DNA of 64,000 bases, taken from positions 31,124,001 to 31,188,000 of the forward strand of contig NW_027361730.1 in NCBI RefSeq assembly GCF_039654945.1. Reading direction: 5' to 3'. Shown piece by piece: positions 23,514-36,605 of this stretch. The notes under the pieces were generated by a model. It was not told the DNA's origin. It ran no database searches and saw nothing but the letters and a program-made list of their open reading frames with translations. This stretch comes from Dendrobates tinctorius (lineage: Eukaryota). Position numbers and translations under genes: made by a program. Position 1 is the stretch's first letter, and the number at the start of each line of letters is the position of its first letter.

Positions 23514-26500
23514 TGTTGTGAGTTCATTTTCCCCTTCATTACTGAGGCCCGAGGAACTCCCTCTTCTGGTAAAGAAAGGTAGTGAGCCTGATTGTCAAAC
23601 ACCTGAGGCTGATGATTGTGACTGGCTGAGTGGAGTTACGGACTGGATATAATGCTGCCGACGCCCTTCTGCCCTGCGGGTGATTTCTCTGTGGGATCCT
23701 TGGAGACCAGTCTGAATTCCTGCTCCTCCAAAGCTAAGTTTGCTTCTCGGCCTTTTGCTTTTGTGCTTTGACTTTGTTTTTTTTCTGGATTTCTGCCATT
23801 CCCTGCTGGGGTGTGCTGAATTCATTTAGCTCTGTCTTCTGAAAATACCTGAGTGCTGATTCAGTTTTTGAAGCCTAGCTGCTTCAGGGCCTTTTTCATA
23901 TCAGCTGGTTGGCTTTTGTCTTTGATAGGGTTTTGGCAGATTGCAGACAGCAGCCTTCCTGTCCTTTCCTATCTAGGTACTTTTGGGGCCCCATCTTTGC
24001 TCAGTCTATCTTTCTGTCTGTGTTAGTATTTTCATCTTGCTTCACCGTCATTATATGTTGTGGGCTGCCTATTGCTTTGGGGTCTGCTCTGGGGCAGTTT
24101 AGATTTCCCCTTTCTTTCTTTAGGCCTATGTATTTCTCCGGCTGTGATCGAGGGGTCTAGGGCATCGTAGGAACCCCCCACGGCTACTGCTAGTTGTGTT
24201 GATAGGGTCAGGGGTCTGCAATCTGATAGTTGCCAACTTCTCTGGTTTTCTGGACTTAGCTTGTATTTCTGCTTTTGCCTCCTACGGTGACTCATTCATA
24301 ACAGAATCACCCGCCATACCGCAGATTCTAGGGTACTCAATAGCAGGAAAGAATTGTAAAAAAAAAAAAAAAAAGTGTATATTTTTTCCTCTATATCTCT
24401 GAGGCCATAGGGGGAATTTTTTTTTTCTCTCAATGGAGATAAAGCAATTGTCTGATCGTGTGGAGCAGCTCGCTGCGGAAGTGCGGGGAATTTCCGCCTA
24501 CCTTGCTCATTCACATGCTGCTGAACCAAAGATTCCTACACCTGATGTATTTTTTGGGGATCGGTCTAAATTTTTGAATTTCAAAAATAATTGTAAATTA
24601 TTTTTTGCCTTGAAGCCTAACTCGTCAGGGAGCTCCGCGCAGCAGGTTAAAATTGTCATCTCTTTGCTGCGTGGCGATCCCCAGGATTGGGCGTTTTCTT
24701 TGAAACCAGATGATCCTATTCTCACTAATGTGAACGCATTCTTTCAAGCTTTGGGGTTGTTGTATGATAAACCTAATGCCATTGATCAGGCTGAAAAGAC
24801 CCTGCTGGCATTGAGCCAGGGTCGTGATTCTGCAGAATTGTACTGTCAAAAATTCCGAAAGTGGGCAGTACTTACTACCTGGAATGATAATGCCTTGGCT
24901 GCTCTCTTTCGGAAGGGGTTGTCAGAAGCCGTAAAAGATACTATGGTGGGATTTCCTGTTCCCTCTGGTCTGGACGATTCTATGTCATTAGCCATTCAGG
25001 TTGATCGGCGTTTACGTGAACGCAGGATTGCACGTGAGGTGTTGCCACCGGTTGAATAGACGTCTGAACCTATGCAATGTGATAGAGTATTGTCTAAGGC
25101 GCAACGTCAGGAGTTCAGAAGGCGTAATAAGCTGTGTTTTTTCTGTGGAGATGCCTTGCATATTATTTCTGTTTGTCCTAAACGAGAGAAACGCTTTGCA
25201 CACACGTTTTCTGTTGGTGGTGTTCAACCTAAGTTTCTTCTGGCAATTACTCTGATCTGCTCCCTGTCCACATTTTCCGCCATGGCGTTTGTGGATTCGT
25301 GAGCAGCCCTAAACCTAATGGACTTGGATTTTGCTAAACGTTGTGGATTTCCGATGACACCTCTGCAGACGCCTATCCCTTTGAGGGGAATTGATGCTAC
25401 TCCTTTGGCTAAAAATAAACCCCAGTTTTGGACCCAGGTGGTAATGCGGGTCGCCCCAGACCATCAAGAAAATTGCAGATTTCTGGTGTTGCATAATCTG
25501 CATGATACTGTTGTTCTGGGGTTTCCCTGGTTACAGATTCATAATCCAGTTTTGGATTGGAAATCTGTGTCTGTGGTGAGTTGGGGTTGTCGGTGTGCCT
25601 TTAGTGAGGCTCCGGTGTTTTCCACCTCTCCTCAGTCGCATGATGTTCCTGATTATTTGGCGGACTTTTATGATGTATTTAGTGAGAATGAGTCTGCGTC
25701 TCTGCCTCCTCATAGGAGTTATGACTGTGGAATTGAACTGAGCCCGGGGTGTAAATTTCCCAAGGGTCGGCTCTTCAATTTATCTGTACCCGAGCACGAG
25801 GCTATGTGATCCTATATTAAGGAGGCGTTGGAGAAGGGTCATATTAGACCATCCTCGTCACCCTTGGGTGCCGGGTTTTTTTTTGTAGCCAAAAAGGATG
25901 GATCATTAAGACCTTGTATTGATTATCGTGCCCTCAACAAAATTATTGTTAAATATCAGTATCCGTTACCCCTGATTTCTGATCTATTCTCCAGAGTTAA
26001 AGGTGCTTGCTGGTTTACCAAGCTTGACCTCAGGGGGGCGTATAATCTTATTCGCATTAAGCATGGGGATGAATGGAAGATGGCGTTTAATACTCCGGAG
26101 GGGCATTTTGAGTACCTGGTGATGCCTTTTGGGCTCACTAATGCCCCTTCTGTCTTCCAGTGCTTCATGAACGATATTTTCCGAGATTTTGTTGATAAAT
26201 TTTTGATTATCTATCTGGATGATATTTTGATCTTCTCCAAGGATTGGGATTCTCATGTGGAACATATTCGGACTGTGTTCCGGATCTTGAGGGAGAATTC
26301 CCTGTATGTCAAGGGATCTAAATGCCTTTTTGGAGTACAGAGGATTTCTTTTTTGGGATTTATTTTGTCCCCGTCAACTATTGAAATGGACCCGGCTAAG
26401 GTACAGGCCATTCACGATTGGGTTCAGCCCACTTCTTTGAAGGCCCTCCAGAAGTTTTTGGGTTTTGCTAATTTTTATCGGAAATTTATAGCAAAATTTT

Positions 26501-26815
26501 CTAGTATTGCCAAGCCATTGACTGATTTGACTAAAAAGGGTGCTGATGTGTTAAATTGGTCATTATATGTTGGGGGCTGCCTATTGCTTTGGGGTCTGCT
26601 CTGGGGCAGTTTAGATTTCCCCTTTCTTTCTTTAGGCCTATGTATTTCTCCGGCTGTGATCGAGGGGTCTAGGGCATCGTAGGAACCCCCCACGGCTACT
26701 GCTAGTTGTGTTGATAGGTTCAGGGGTCTGCAATCTGGTAGTTGCCAACTTCTCTGGTTTTCTGGACTTAGCTTGTATTTCTGCTTTTGCCTCCTACGGT
26801 GACTCATTCATAACA
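23514..26815 (+). mobile_element. Related Gypsy element inserted in the 3' LTR of the minus-strand copy; 5' LTR 23514-24303, truncated 3' LTR ~26561-26815
   Basis: TGTTGTG...CATAACA termini; GGGGCC on both flanks; gag 24433, CFFCGDALHIISVC, protease, RT 25828-26560; RNase H and integrase deleted. Confidence 0.92.
24305..24314 (+). promoter_or_regulatory. Self-priming primer-binding site (AATCACCCGC)
   Basis: 1 nt after the 5' LTR; exact complement of GCGGGTGATT at 23676-23685, ~25 nt after the TATA-like GATATAAT. Confidence 0.75.
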
Positions 26816-29800
26816 GGGGCCCAAACTAACTAGAAAGGATAGGAAAGGAAAGACACTGTCTGCAATCTGCAAAAAACCCTACAAAAATAAAGTCCAACAC
26901 TTCTGATAGCAAAATTAACCCTGAAGTCACTAGACTTCTCCCACAATATCAGCACTCTGAAATATTCTGAGACAGAGCAAAAAGAGGCCAATCTAATAAG
27001 GGACAAAAAGCAAATTGGCAAATACAGATAAATAAGAGTGGAAATTTAGCGCAGCCCCAGCCGGGGCTGGCTGACCACACAAGAAACTGAATAGACCAAC
27101 AAAATCAAGTGTGAACATTAGCAGAAAAACTTAGCTTTAGATGACTGGAACAGAGCTGAAAACCAAGACCTGACAAGCCTGAAGGTATCACCAGCACCAG
27201 AAAAGGGCGTCGGCTGTCTTAAATCCAGTCTGAGATCCCTGAGGTCCAATCGTCATCCTCATTATCAGGTGGCAGATCTCTACTGATTAAATCAGCCTCA
27301 CTACCTCCGGTTCCAGCAGAGGGAGTCTGGAAGGAGATCTCACAACTGGTGGACCAGAAAATGAACTTTAAACCGGGGACCAATGGTCCTATGCCGGTTG
27401 GAAAATCGCTGAGCCTTTTTCTGAGAGAGTGACAACTTATCCACCACTTGATCCCATATCTGCTGCATTCTCTCAACCACAGTGTCCACACCTGGGCAAG
27501 ACGAAGATTCCACTTGTCCTGAAGAGAATCGAGGATGAAACCCAAAATTATAGAAAAAGGGTGACATCAAAGGGGCAGAACTAGCTCTATTGTTCAGTGC
27601 GAATTCGGCCAAGGACAAAAATGAGACCCAATCATCCTGATCAGCAGATATAAAACATCTTAAATAAGACTCCAAGGTCTGGTTTGTTCTCTCAGTATGT
27701 CCATTGGTCTGGGGATGAAACACGGAGGAGAAGAATAACTGAATTCCCAGATTGGAACAAAAGGCTTTCCAGAATCTGGAAACAAACTGGACTCCTCTGT
27801 CGGACACAATGTTCTCAGGAATCCCATGTAACCGAACCACCTGTTGTAAAAACAAGGGCACCAACTCAGCCGAAGATGGCAACTTTGGGAGTGGTACAAG
27901 ATGGACCATCTTCGAAAATCTATCACAAATCACCCAGATAACAGTCATTCTCTGAGAGACAGGAAGATCAGAAATAAAATTCATTGAGATATGGGTCCAT
28001 GGCCTCTTGGGCACCGGCAGGGGCATCAGCAACCCACGAGAACGAGAACAGGATTTAGACCGAGAACAAGTCCCACAGGACTTGACAAAATTCCTGACGT
28101 CACGAGATAAGGCAGGCCACCAAAAAGACCGACTCACCAAATCTCTGGTACCAAAAATACCTGGATGACCAGCCAATGCGGAGCAATGAATTTCAGACAT
28201 CACTCTCTTTCTCCACTGGTCAGGAACATACAATTTTCCCATAGGGCAACGCTCAGGTTTATCCTCCTGAAATTCCTCCAGGGCGCGTCTCAAATCGGGC
28301 GAAATGGCAGAAAGAACTACCCCCTCATCTAGGATGGTAGTAGGCTCGGTCACATTAAGAGAATCGGCAAAGAAACTCCTAGAAAGGGCGTCCGCCTTAA
28401 CATTCTTAGTGCCCGGAAGAAAAGAGACCACAAAATTAAAACGCGTGAAAACAAGGCCCATCTAGCCTGTCTAGGATTCAAGCCTTTGGCCGACTCCAGA
28501 TAAATCAAATTCTTGTGATCGGTGAAGACCACACCTTGATGTCTAGCTCCCTCCAACCAATATCTCCACTCCTCAAATGCCCATTTCATGGCCAACAATT
28601 CCCAATTCCCCACGTTATAGTTGCGTTCAGATGGGGAGAACTTTCGAGAAAAGAAGGCACAGGGATTCATCTTAGAAGTCACAGGGTCTTTTTGGGACAA
28701 AACAGCTCCTGCACCAATCTCAGAAGCATCTACCTCCACCTGAAATGGAAGTGAGACATCAGGTTGCCGTAAAACTGGAGCTGAAGTAAATCTCTGCTTA
28801 AACTCCTGAAATGCTGAGACAGCCTCAGGAGACCAATTCAGCACATCAGCGCCCTTCTTGGTCAGATCAGTCAGTGGTTTGGCAATACCAGAAAAATTAC
28901 CTATAAATTTACGATAGAAATTAGCAAAAGCCAAAAACTTCTGGAGAGCCTTCAAAGAAGTAGGCTGAACCCAATCATAAATGGACTGTACCTTGGCCGG
29001 GTCCATTTCAATAGTCGACGGAGACAAGATAAATCCCAAAAATGAAATCCTCTGTACACCAAAGAGGCATTTCGATCCCTTAGCAAACAGGGAATTCTCC
29101 CTCAAAATCCGGAACACAGTCCGAACATGTTCCACATGAGAATCCCAATCACTGGAAAAGATCAGAATATCATCCAAATATATGATCAAAAACTTATCCA
29201 CAAAGTCCCGGAAAATATCATTCATGAAGGATTGGAAGACAGAAGGGGCATTAGTGAGAGCCCAAAAGGCATCACCAGGTACTCAAAATGTCCCTCCGGA
29301 GTATTAAACGCCGTCTTCCATTCATCCCCGTGCTTGATGCGAATAAGATTATACGCCCCCCTGAGGTCAAGCTTAGTAAACCAGCAGGCACTCTTAACTC
29401 TGGAGAATAAACCAGACATCAGAGGTAACAAGTACTGATATTTAACCATCACCACAGACCCAGATTTCCAATCTAAAACTGGATTATGAGCTTGCAACCA
29501 GGGAAAACCCAGAACAATAGTATCATGCAAATTATACAGCACCAGAAATTTACAATTTTCTTGGTGGTCTGGGGCAACTCGCATTATCACCTGGGTCAAA
29601 ACTGAGGTTTATTCTCCGCCAAAGGAGAAGCATCAATACCCCTCAAAGGAATAGGACAAACCACAACGTTTAGCAAAGTCCAAATCCATCAGATTCAACG
29701 CTGCTCCAGAATCCACAAAAGCCTTAGTGTAAAAAGTGGATAAGTAGCAGATCAGAGTACTTGCCAAAAGAAACTTAGATTGTACACCACCTACAGCAAA

Positions 29801-30714
29801 TGTGTGTGCAAAACGTTTTTCTCATTTAGGGCAGACAGAAATAGTATGAGAGGCGTCTCCACAGAAAAAACACAGCCTATTAGGCCATCTAAACTCCTGA
29901 CGTTGCGCCCTAGACAAAACCCCATCACATTGCATAGGTTCAGACATTTGTTCAAAAGGTGGCAGCGCCTACTGTGTAGTTTTACGTTCACATAAACGCT
30001 GATCAACTTGAATAGCTAATGACATAGAATTATCCAGACCAGAGGGAACAGGAAATCCCACCATAACATCTTTTACGGTCTCTGATAAACACTTCCGAAA
30101 GAGAGCTACCAATGCACTATCATTCCATGTAGTAAGGACCGCCCACTTTTGGAATTTTTGACAGTATAACTCTGCAGAATCCTGACCCTGGTTTAATGCC
30201 AACAGAGTTCTCTTAGCTTGATCAACAGCATTAGGCTCATCATACCCCAAGGCTTGAAAAAATGCATCCACATTAGTCAAAATAGGATTTTCAGGTGTCA
30301 GAGAAAAAGCCCAATCCTGGGGATCGCCGCGCAGCAAGGAGATGACAATTTTAACCTGCTGCACAGAGCTCCCCGATGAGTTAGGCTTCAAGGCAAGAAA
30401 TAATTTTCAATTATTCTTCAAATTCAAAAATTTAGACCGATCCCCAGAAAACACATCAGGAGTGGGGATCTTAGGTTCAGCTGCATGTGACTGAATGAGG
30501 TAAGTGGAAAATCCCTGCACTTCAGCAGCAAGTTGCTCCACACGATCAGTCAATTGCTTAATCTCCATTAGGAAAAAAAAAAATCCTCCCACGGCCTCAG
30601 AAAAAAAAATAGGAAAAAATATATTAAAAAAAAATTAATTCTGACACTTTTTTTTTCTCTTTTTCTTCTAAACAATCTTTCCCTGCTATTGAGTACCCTA
30701 GAATCTGCGGTATG

Positions 30715-30724
30715 GCTGGTGATT
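30715..30724 (-). promoter_or_regulatory. Self-priming primer-binding site (AATCACCAGC on the minus strand)
   Basis: Exact complement of minus-strand GCTGGTGATT at 31392-31401 in its own 5' LTR. Confidence 0.75.
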
Positions 30725-31581
30725 CTGTTATGAAACGGGTCACCGAGGAGGACAACAAAAGCTAAGTCCCAGAAAACCAGAGAGGTTGGTAACTATGCAG
30801 ATTGCAGATCCCTGATCTTAACCACACAACTAGCGGTAGCAGTGGAGCGTTCCTACGATGATCTAGATGCCTCGTCACCGCCGGAGGACTACATAAGCCT
30901 AAAGTAAGAAAAGGGAAAACTAACTGCCCCAGAGCAGACCTCAAAGGAAAGACAACCCCCACACATGTATTGACGGTGAAATAAGATGAAAACACAAACA
31001 CAGGCAGGAAAATAGGCAGAGCAAACGATGGGACCCAACTAACTATAAAGAACAGGAAAGGAAAGACACTGTCTGCAATCTGCCAAAAACCCTACAAAAA
31101 TAATGTCCAACACTTCTGATAACAAAATTAGCCCTGAAGTCACTAGACTTCTCCCACTATATCAGCACTCTGAAATATTCTGAGACAGAGCAAAGAGAGG
31201 CCAATCTAATAAGGGACTAAAAAGCAAATTGGCAAATACTGATAAATAAGAGTGGAAATTCAGTGCTGGGGCTGGCTGACCACACAAAAAACTGAATAGA
31301 CCAACAAAATCAAGTGTGAACATTAGCAAAAACAGTTAGCTTTGAGAAGGCTGGAACAGAGCTGAAAACCCAGACCTGAGAAACCTGAAGCAATCACCAG
31401 CACTAGACTAGGGCGTCGGCTGTCTTAAATCCAGTCTGAGATTCCTGAGGTCCAATCGTCATCTTCATTATCAAGTGGTAGATCTCTACTGATTAAATCA
31501 GTCTCACTACCTCCTGTTACCACCAGAGGGAGTCTGGAAGGAGAACTCACAGCTGGTGGACCAGAGAATGAACTCACAACA

Positions 31582-32511
31582 GCCAGGCTTGGAAGCTGTG
31601 AAGGGTCTCTCTCGCAGTTAACCTACACATGTAACACAGTTCCATCCAGGCCAGCAGAGGGGACTCTGAACCGGATTTGAAGGGAGGAGTGCTCTCTGAG
31701 GGCCAGGAGGAAGGAGTAGTCAGTTAGTGTGAGGAGGGCCACGTATGGAGAGAAGCTGGAGGTTGAGCTGAGGAAAGAGTGCTCCCTCACAGCAAGAGCG
31801 CATGAACTGGAGCCTGGTCTCCACGGTTGTATGGATACTAACGGTCCTGCAACAGACACCAGAGGAGTAGGAGGCTGTAAATGCCCTACCCCCATCTAAG
31901 ACTCAGAGGCACAACAGCACGGAGTGAGCCAAGAGAGGAATAGCGGCTACAGCTGTCTGCCATACGAGGAGTGCTCGTAGAAGAGAATTAGGAGGAATTT
32001 CAGTGTAATTCAGTACTAGGAGTACTTCACTCAAATAAGCGCTAAGAAGGAGACTGCACAGCCCATCTGCTGAGAGAGAATCCCTGAGTTGCTTCCAGGC
32101 TAGCCTGCTCCGGTACCATCTGTAATCAGGACCCTGGACTGCATTTATCAAGTAAAGGTACAGAAATTGCACCCCGCTGTGTCTTTGTCTGCTTCCTACC
32201 CTTCCAGCACTGCTACATCCCCTGCCAACCACATCTACACTGCCCTGGGACTACAACTTCACCTGTGGGGAGCTTTTACATCTTTGCTGCACCATATCAT
32301 CAGTCCCAGTGGATCTGCATACAGCGTCGGCTTAACATATCACTTGCCGAACACCACAGGTGGCGTCACGAACTATTCCATTAACTACATTCCACCATTC
32401 AATCTTCCCCTATTAATTGGGTGCCCAGGGCCACGGACCGGGTCACCGCTGCTGTGACACATCCCGCTGACCCCGGCACCGAGTACCCCACAGCCCTGGT
32501 AGGGCGACCCA
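31582..32511. mobile_element. Remnant of an unrelated LTR-like repeat (3' part)
   Basis: Ends GGGCGACCCA; no coding capacity; abuts the Gypsy LTR. Confidence 0.45.
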
Positions 32512-33681
32512 TGTGTACACGTTGCGGATTGGGCTCAAGAATTTCCTGACCGGATTCTGCATCTCTTGGAAGAATCCGCAGGTCAAAATCCGCGCATTTT
32601 TTATGCTGATTTTGTGCGGATTTAGTGCGGATTTTAAGCGAATTGTCATGCGTTTTTAGGCCTGCTGTTTTCTATAATGAAATGGATGTAGAAACATAGC
32701 GGAATCCGCACAAAGACTTGACATGCTGCGGAAAATAAACTGCTGCTTTTCTGCGCAAAATTTTCCGCAGCATGTGCAGTTGTGTCCTGAATGTAGCTGG
32801 ATGTATCCTTTACCAGGGGTTTAAGAACACCCTCTACCCATCAAGATATCTGCTCAGTAAGGGTGCCCACGCATGAAATAATCGGCCTCTCTAGGTTTAC
32901 TGTAGTTATTATTGCTTTAAGATAGAGTGGGGGTCTGTCCCACATCCAAAAGTCATGAGTAGAGTTGAGCGACTTTTGGTTTTTTAGGGTCGCGTTTCGT
33001 TTCGTGAAACCCGACTTTTCCAAAAGTCGGGTCGAGAAAGATCGTCCGATTATAGGGAGAAGTCGGGGTCGTCCCGAAACACGAAACCCAATGTAAGTCA
33101 ATGGGGAATAAAAGTCGGCAGTGAGAGGAGGACAGGAAACACACCAACAGTGCCCATTTGAATGCCAAAAGCAACAATTCTTCTTACTTAAGCTTGTCAA
33201 CCTTAATTAACTTCATAATACAAGTTACGCGCTGAAAAATGGGGGTTATTTGGCTACAGACTGTGGGGGGGGGAGGGCTGGCTCCAGGTTTTCATGTGCC
33301 CTGGGCGAAAGAGCGCCCCTTTAACACATACCACAACTCATCATGCTCCGATACGGCAGAGAAATAGCGGTATAGTACAATGAAAAATACCTCACTTTTT
33401 ACATCTCATGACGAGGCCCATCTATTTCTCCATACAGAATCATTGGTCCCATATAATGTTTGAAACAGTATATGATGAGCTCCACATAATGCTACAGTAT
33501 ATGTTGGTCCCCATGGATGTCTTATGGGCCCCATGGATGTCTTATGGGCCCAAATAATGCTCCAAACATAATGGGCCCCATTTCTAATGCTCTAGTGTAT
33601 AATGGGCCCTGTAAATGCTGCTCCAGTGTCTGATGTCCACCTTTGGAATGTTCCAGTGTATGGTGGGCCCCATCTATCATT

Positions 33682-36178
33682 CTCAGACGGTGTTAGGCCC
33701 AGTATGGATTGCACGTGATTGCACAAAGGTGAGAAAGGGTACCGTATCCCCAGATAACATGTATGGATAGTGTACACATTCAAAATATATGTCTATACAT
33801 CAGGAGGCAGGCTCAGACGGTGTTAGGCCCAGTATGGATTGCACGTGATTGCACAAAGGTTAGAAAGGGTACCGTATCCCCAGATAACATGTATGGATAG
33901 CGTACACATTCAAAATATATGTCTCAGGAGGCAGGCTCAGATGGTGTTAGGCCCAGTATGGATTGCACGTGATTGCACAAAGGTTAGAAAGGGTACCGTA
34001 TCCCCAGATAACATGTATGGATAGCGTACACATTCAAAATATATGTCTCAGGAGGCAGGCTCAGACGGTGTTAGGCCCGGTATGGATTGCACGTGATTGC
34101 ACAAAGGTTAGAAAGGGTACCGTATCCCCAGATAACATGTATGGATAGCGTACACATTCAAAATATATGTCTCAGGAGGCAGGCTCAGACGGTGTTAGGC
34201 CCAGTATGGATTGCACGTGATTACACAAAGGTTACAAAGGGTACCGTATCCCCGGATAACATGTATGGATAGCGTACACATTCAAAATATATGTATCAGG
34301 AGGCAGGCTCAGACGGTGTTAGGCCCAGTATGGATTGCACGTGATTGCACAAAGGTTAGAAAAGGTACCGTATCCCCGGATAACATGTATGGATAGCGTA
34401 CACATTCAAAATATATGTCTCAGGAGGCAGGCTCAGACGGTGTTAGGCCCAGTATGGATTGCACGTGATTGCACAAAGGTTAGAAAGGGTACCGTATCCC
34501 CAGATAACATGTATGGATAGCGTACACATTCAAAATATATGTCTCAGGAGGCAGGCTCAGACGGTGTTAGGCCCAGTATGGATTGCACGTGATTGCACAA
34601 AGGTTAGAAAGGGTACCGTATCCCTGGATAACATGTATGGATAGCGTACACATTCAAAATATATGTCTCAGGAGGCAGGCTCAGACGGTGTTAGGCCCAG
34701 TATGGATTGCACGTGATTGCACAAAGGTTAGAAAGGGTACCGTATCCCCAGATAACATGTATGGATAGCGTACACATTCAAAATATATGTCTCGGGAGGC
34801 AGGCTCAGACGGTATTAGGCCCAATATGGATTGCACGTGATTGCACAAAGGTTAGAAAGGGTACCGTATCCCCAGATAACATGTATGGATAGCGTACACA
34901 TTCAAAATATATGTCTCAGGAGGCAGGCTCAGACGGTGTTAGGCCCAGTATGGATTGCACGTGATTGCACAAAGGTTAGAAAGGGTACTGTATCCCCGGA
35001 TAACATGTATGGATAGCGTACACATTCAAAATATATGTCTCATGAGGCAGGCTCAGACGGTGTTAGGCCCAGTATGGATTGCACGTGATTGCACAAAGGT
35101 TAGAAAGGGTACCGTATCCCCAGATAACATGTATGGATAGCGTACACATTCAAAATATATGTCTCAGGAGGCAGGCTCAGACGGTGTTAGGCCCAGTATG
35201 GATTGCACGTGATTGCACAAAGGTTAGAAAGGGTACCGTATCCTCGGATAACATGTATGGATAGCGTACACATTCAAAATATATGTCTCAGGAGGCAGGC
35301 TCAGACGGTGTTAGGCCCAGTATGGATTGCACGTGATTGCACAAAGGTTAGAAAGGGTACCGTATCCCCAGATAAAATGTATGGATAGCGTACACATTCA
35401 AAATATATGTCTCAGGAGGCAGGCTCAGACGGTGTTAGGCCCAGTATGGATTGCACGTGATTGCACAAAGGTTAGAAAGGGTACCGTATCCCCAGATAAC
35501 ATGTATGGATAGCGTACACATTCAAAATATATGTCTCAGGAGGCAGGCTCAGACGGTGTTAGGCCCAGTATGGATTGCACGTGATTGCACAAAGGTTAGA
35601 AAGGGTACCGTATCCCCAGAACACATGTATGGATAGCGTACACATTCAAAATATATGTCTCAGGAGGCAGGCTCAGACGGTGTTAAGCCCAGTATGGATT
35701 GCACGTGATTGCACAAAGGTTAGAAAGGGTACCGTATCCCCAGATAACATGTATGGATAGCGTACACAATCAAAATATATGTCTCAGGAGGCAGGCTCAG
35801 ACGGTGTTAGGCCCAGTATGGATCGCACGTGATTGCACAAAGGTTAGAAAGGGTACCGTATCCCCAGATAACATGTATGGATAGCGTACACATTCAAAAT
35901 ATATGTCTCAGGAGGCAGGCTCAGACGGTGTTAGGCCCAGTATGGATTGCATGTGATTGCACAAAGGTTAGAAAGGGTACCGTATCCCCAGATAACATGT
36001 ATGGATAGCGTACACATTCAAAATATATGTCTCAGGAGGCAGGCTCAGACGGTGTTAGGACCAGTATGGATTGCACGTGATAGCACAAAGGTTAGAAAGG
36101 GTACCGTATCCCCGGATAACATGTATGGATAGCGTACACATTCAAAATATATGTCTATACATCAGGAGGCAGGCACAG
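33682..36178. repeat. 124-bp satellite, about 20 highly similar copies, inside the hAT
   Basis: Exact 124-bp period (ORF starts 33839, 33963, 34087 and so on); few substitutions per unit. Confidence 0.97.
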
Positions 36179-36605
36179 TATGGATTTGACGGCCCAGATT
36201 ACACAGCGGAGGAGCAGGGAGAGGTAAAGATTGCAAATGCTGGGGCCCTGCCCAAGCAAGGGGGGCCCACTCGTGGGCGTCGGTACTGGCACTGGGCCCC
36301 TCATAGTACAGCGGTGTGTCTGACGGCGGGTGTGCACCACCACCGTCAGAGACACTTGATTGCACTATGAGGGACCCTGTGCCAGTGCCCGCGCCCAAGA
36401 GTCGGCCTACCCACCTGTCCAGGGCAACGGCACTCGCACGGTGTCGTGCGCTAGGTGGTTACCCCGGCCATGGGGGGGGAGGCAGCACAGTTAGGGAGTT
36501 TTAGAAAGTGGCATATGTTGATGTTGGACATTCAGCTGATGCAAAAGGCGAAATAGGTGAAGTACCAGGAAGAGGTGGACCAAAGCAAGCCATTTTTCTG
36601 TCACC

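Larger units (their letters stand above)
23198..31581 (-). mobile_element. Gypsy (Tf1/sushi-type) LTR retrotransposon, defective; 5' LTR 30726-31581, 3' LTR 23198-23513 plus 26816-27367
   Basis: TG...CA LTR ends; gag from 30568, CCHC knuckle, protease FVDSGA, RT YLDD, RNase H (EVDASEIG, TDHKNL), integrase (HHCC, SDRGVQF, HPQTNG); deletions between protease and RT and after the integrase core. Confidence 0.92.

Noticed and set aside
33682-36178. 124-bp array as a CRISPR array, a family of 61-aa genes, or a hammerhead satellite
   Set aside because: No unique spacers, no cas genes and a eukaryotic context; the ORFs are by-products of the period with non-ATG starts; no CTGANGA/GAAA core seen on either strand of the unit
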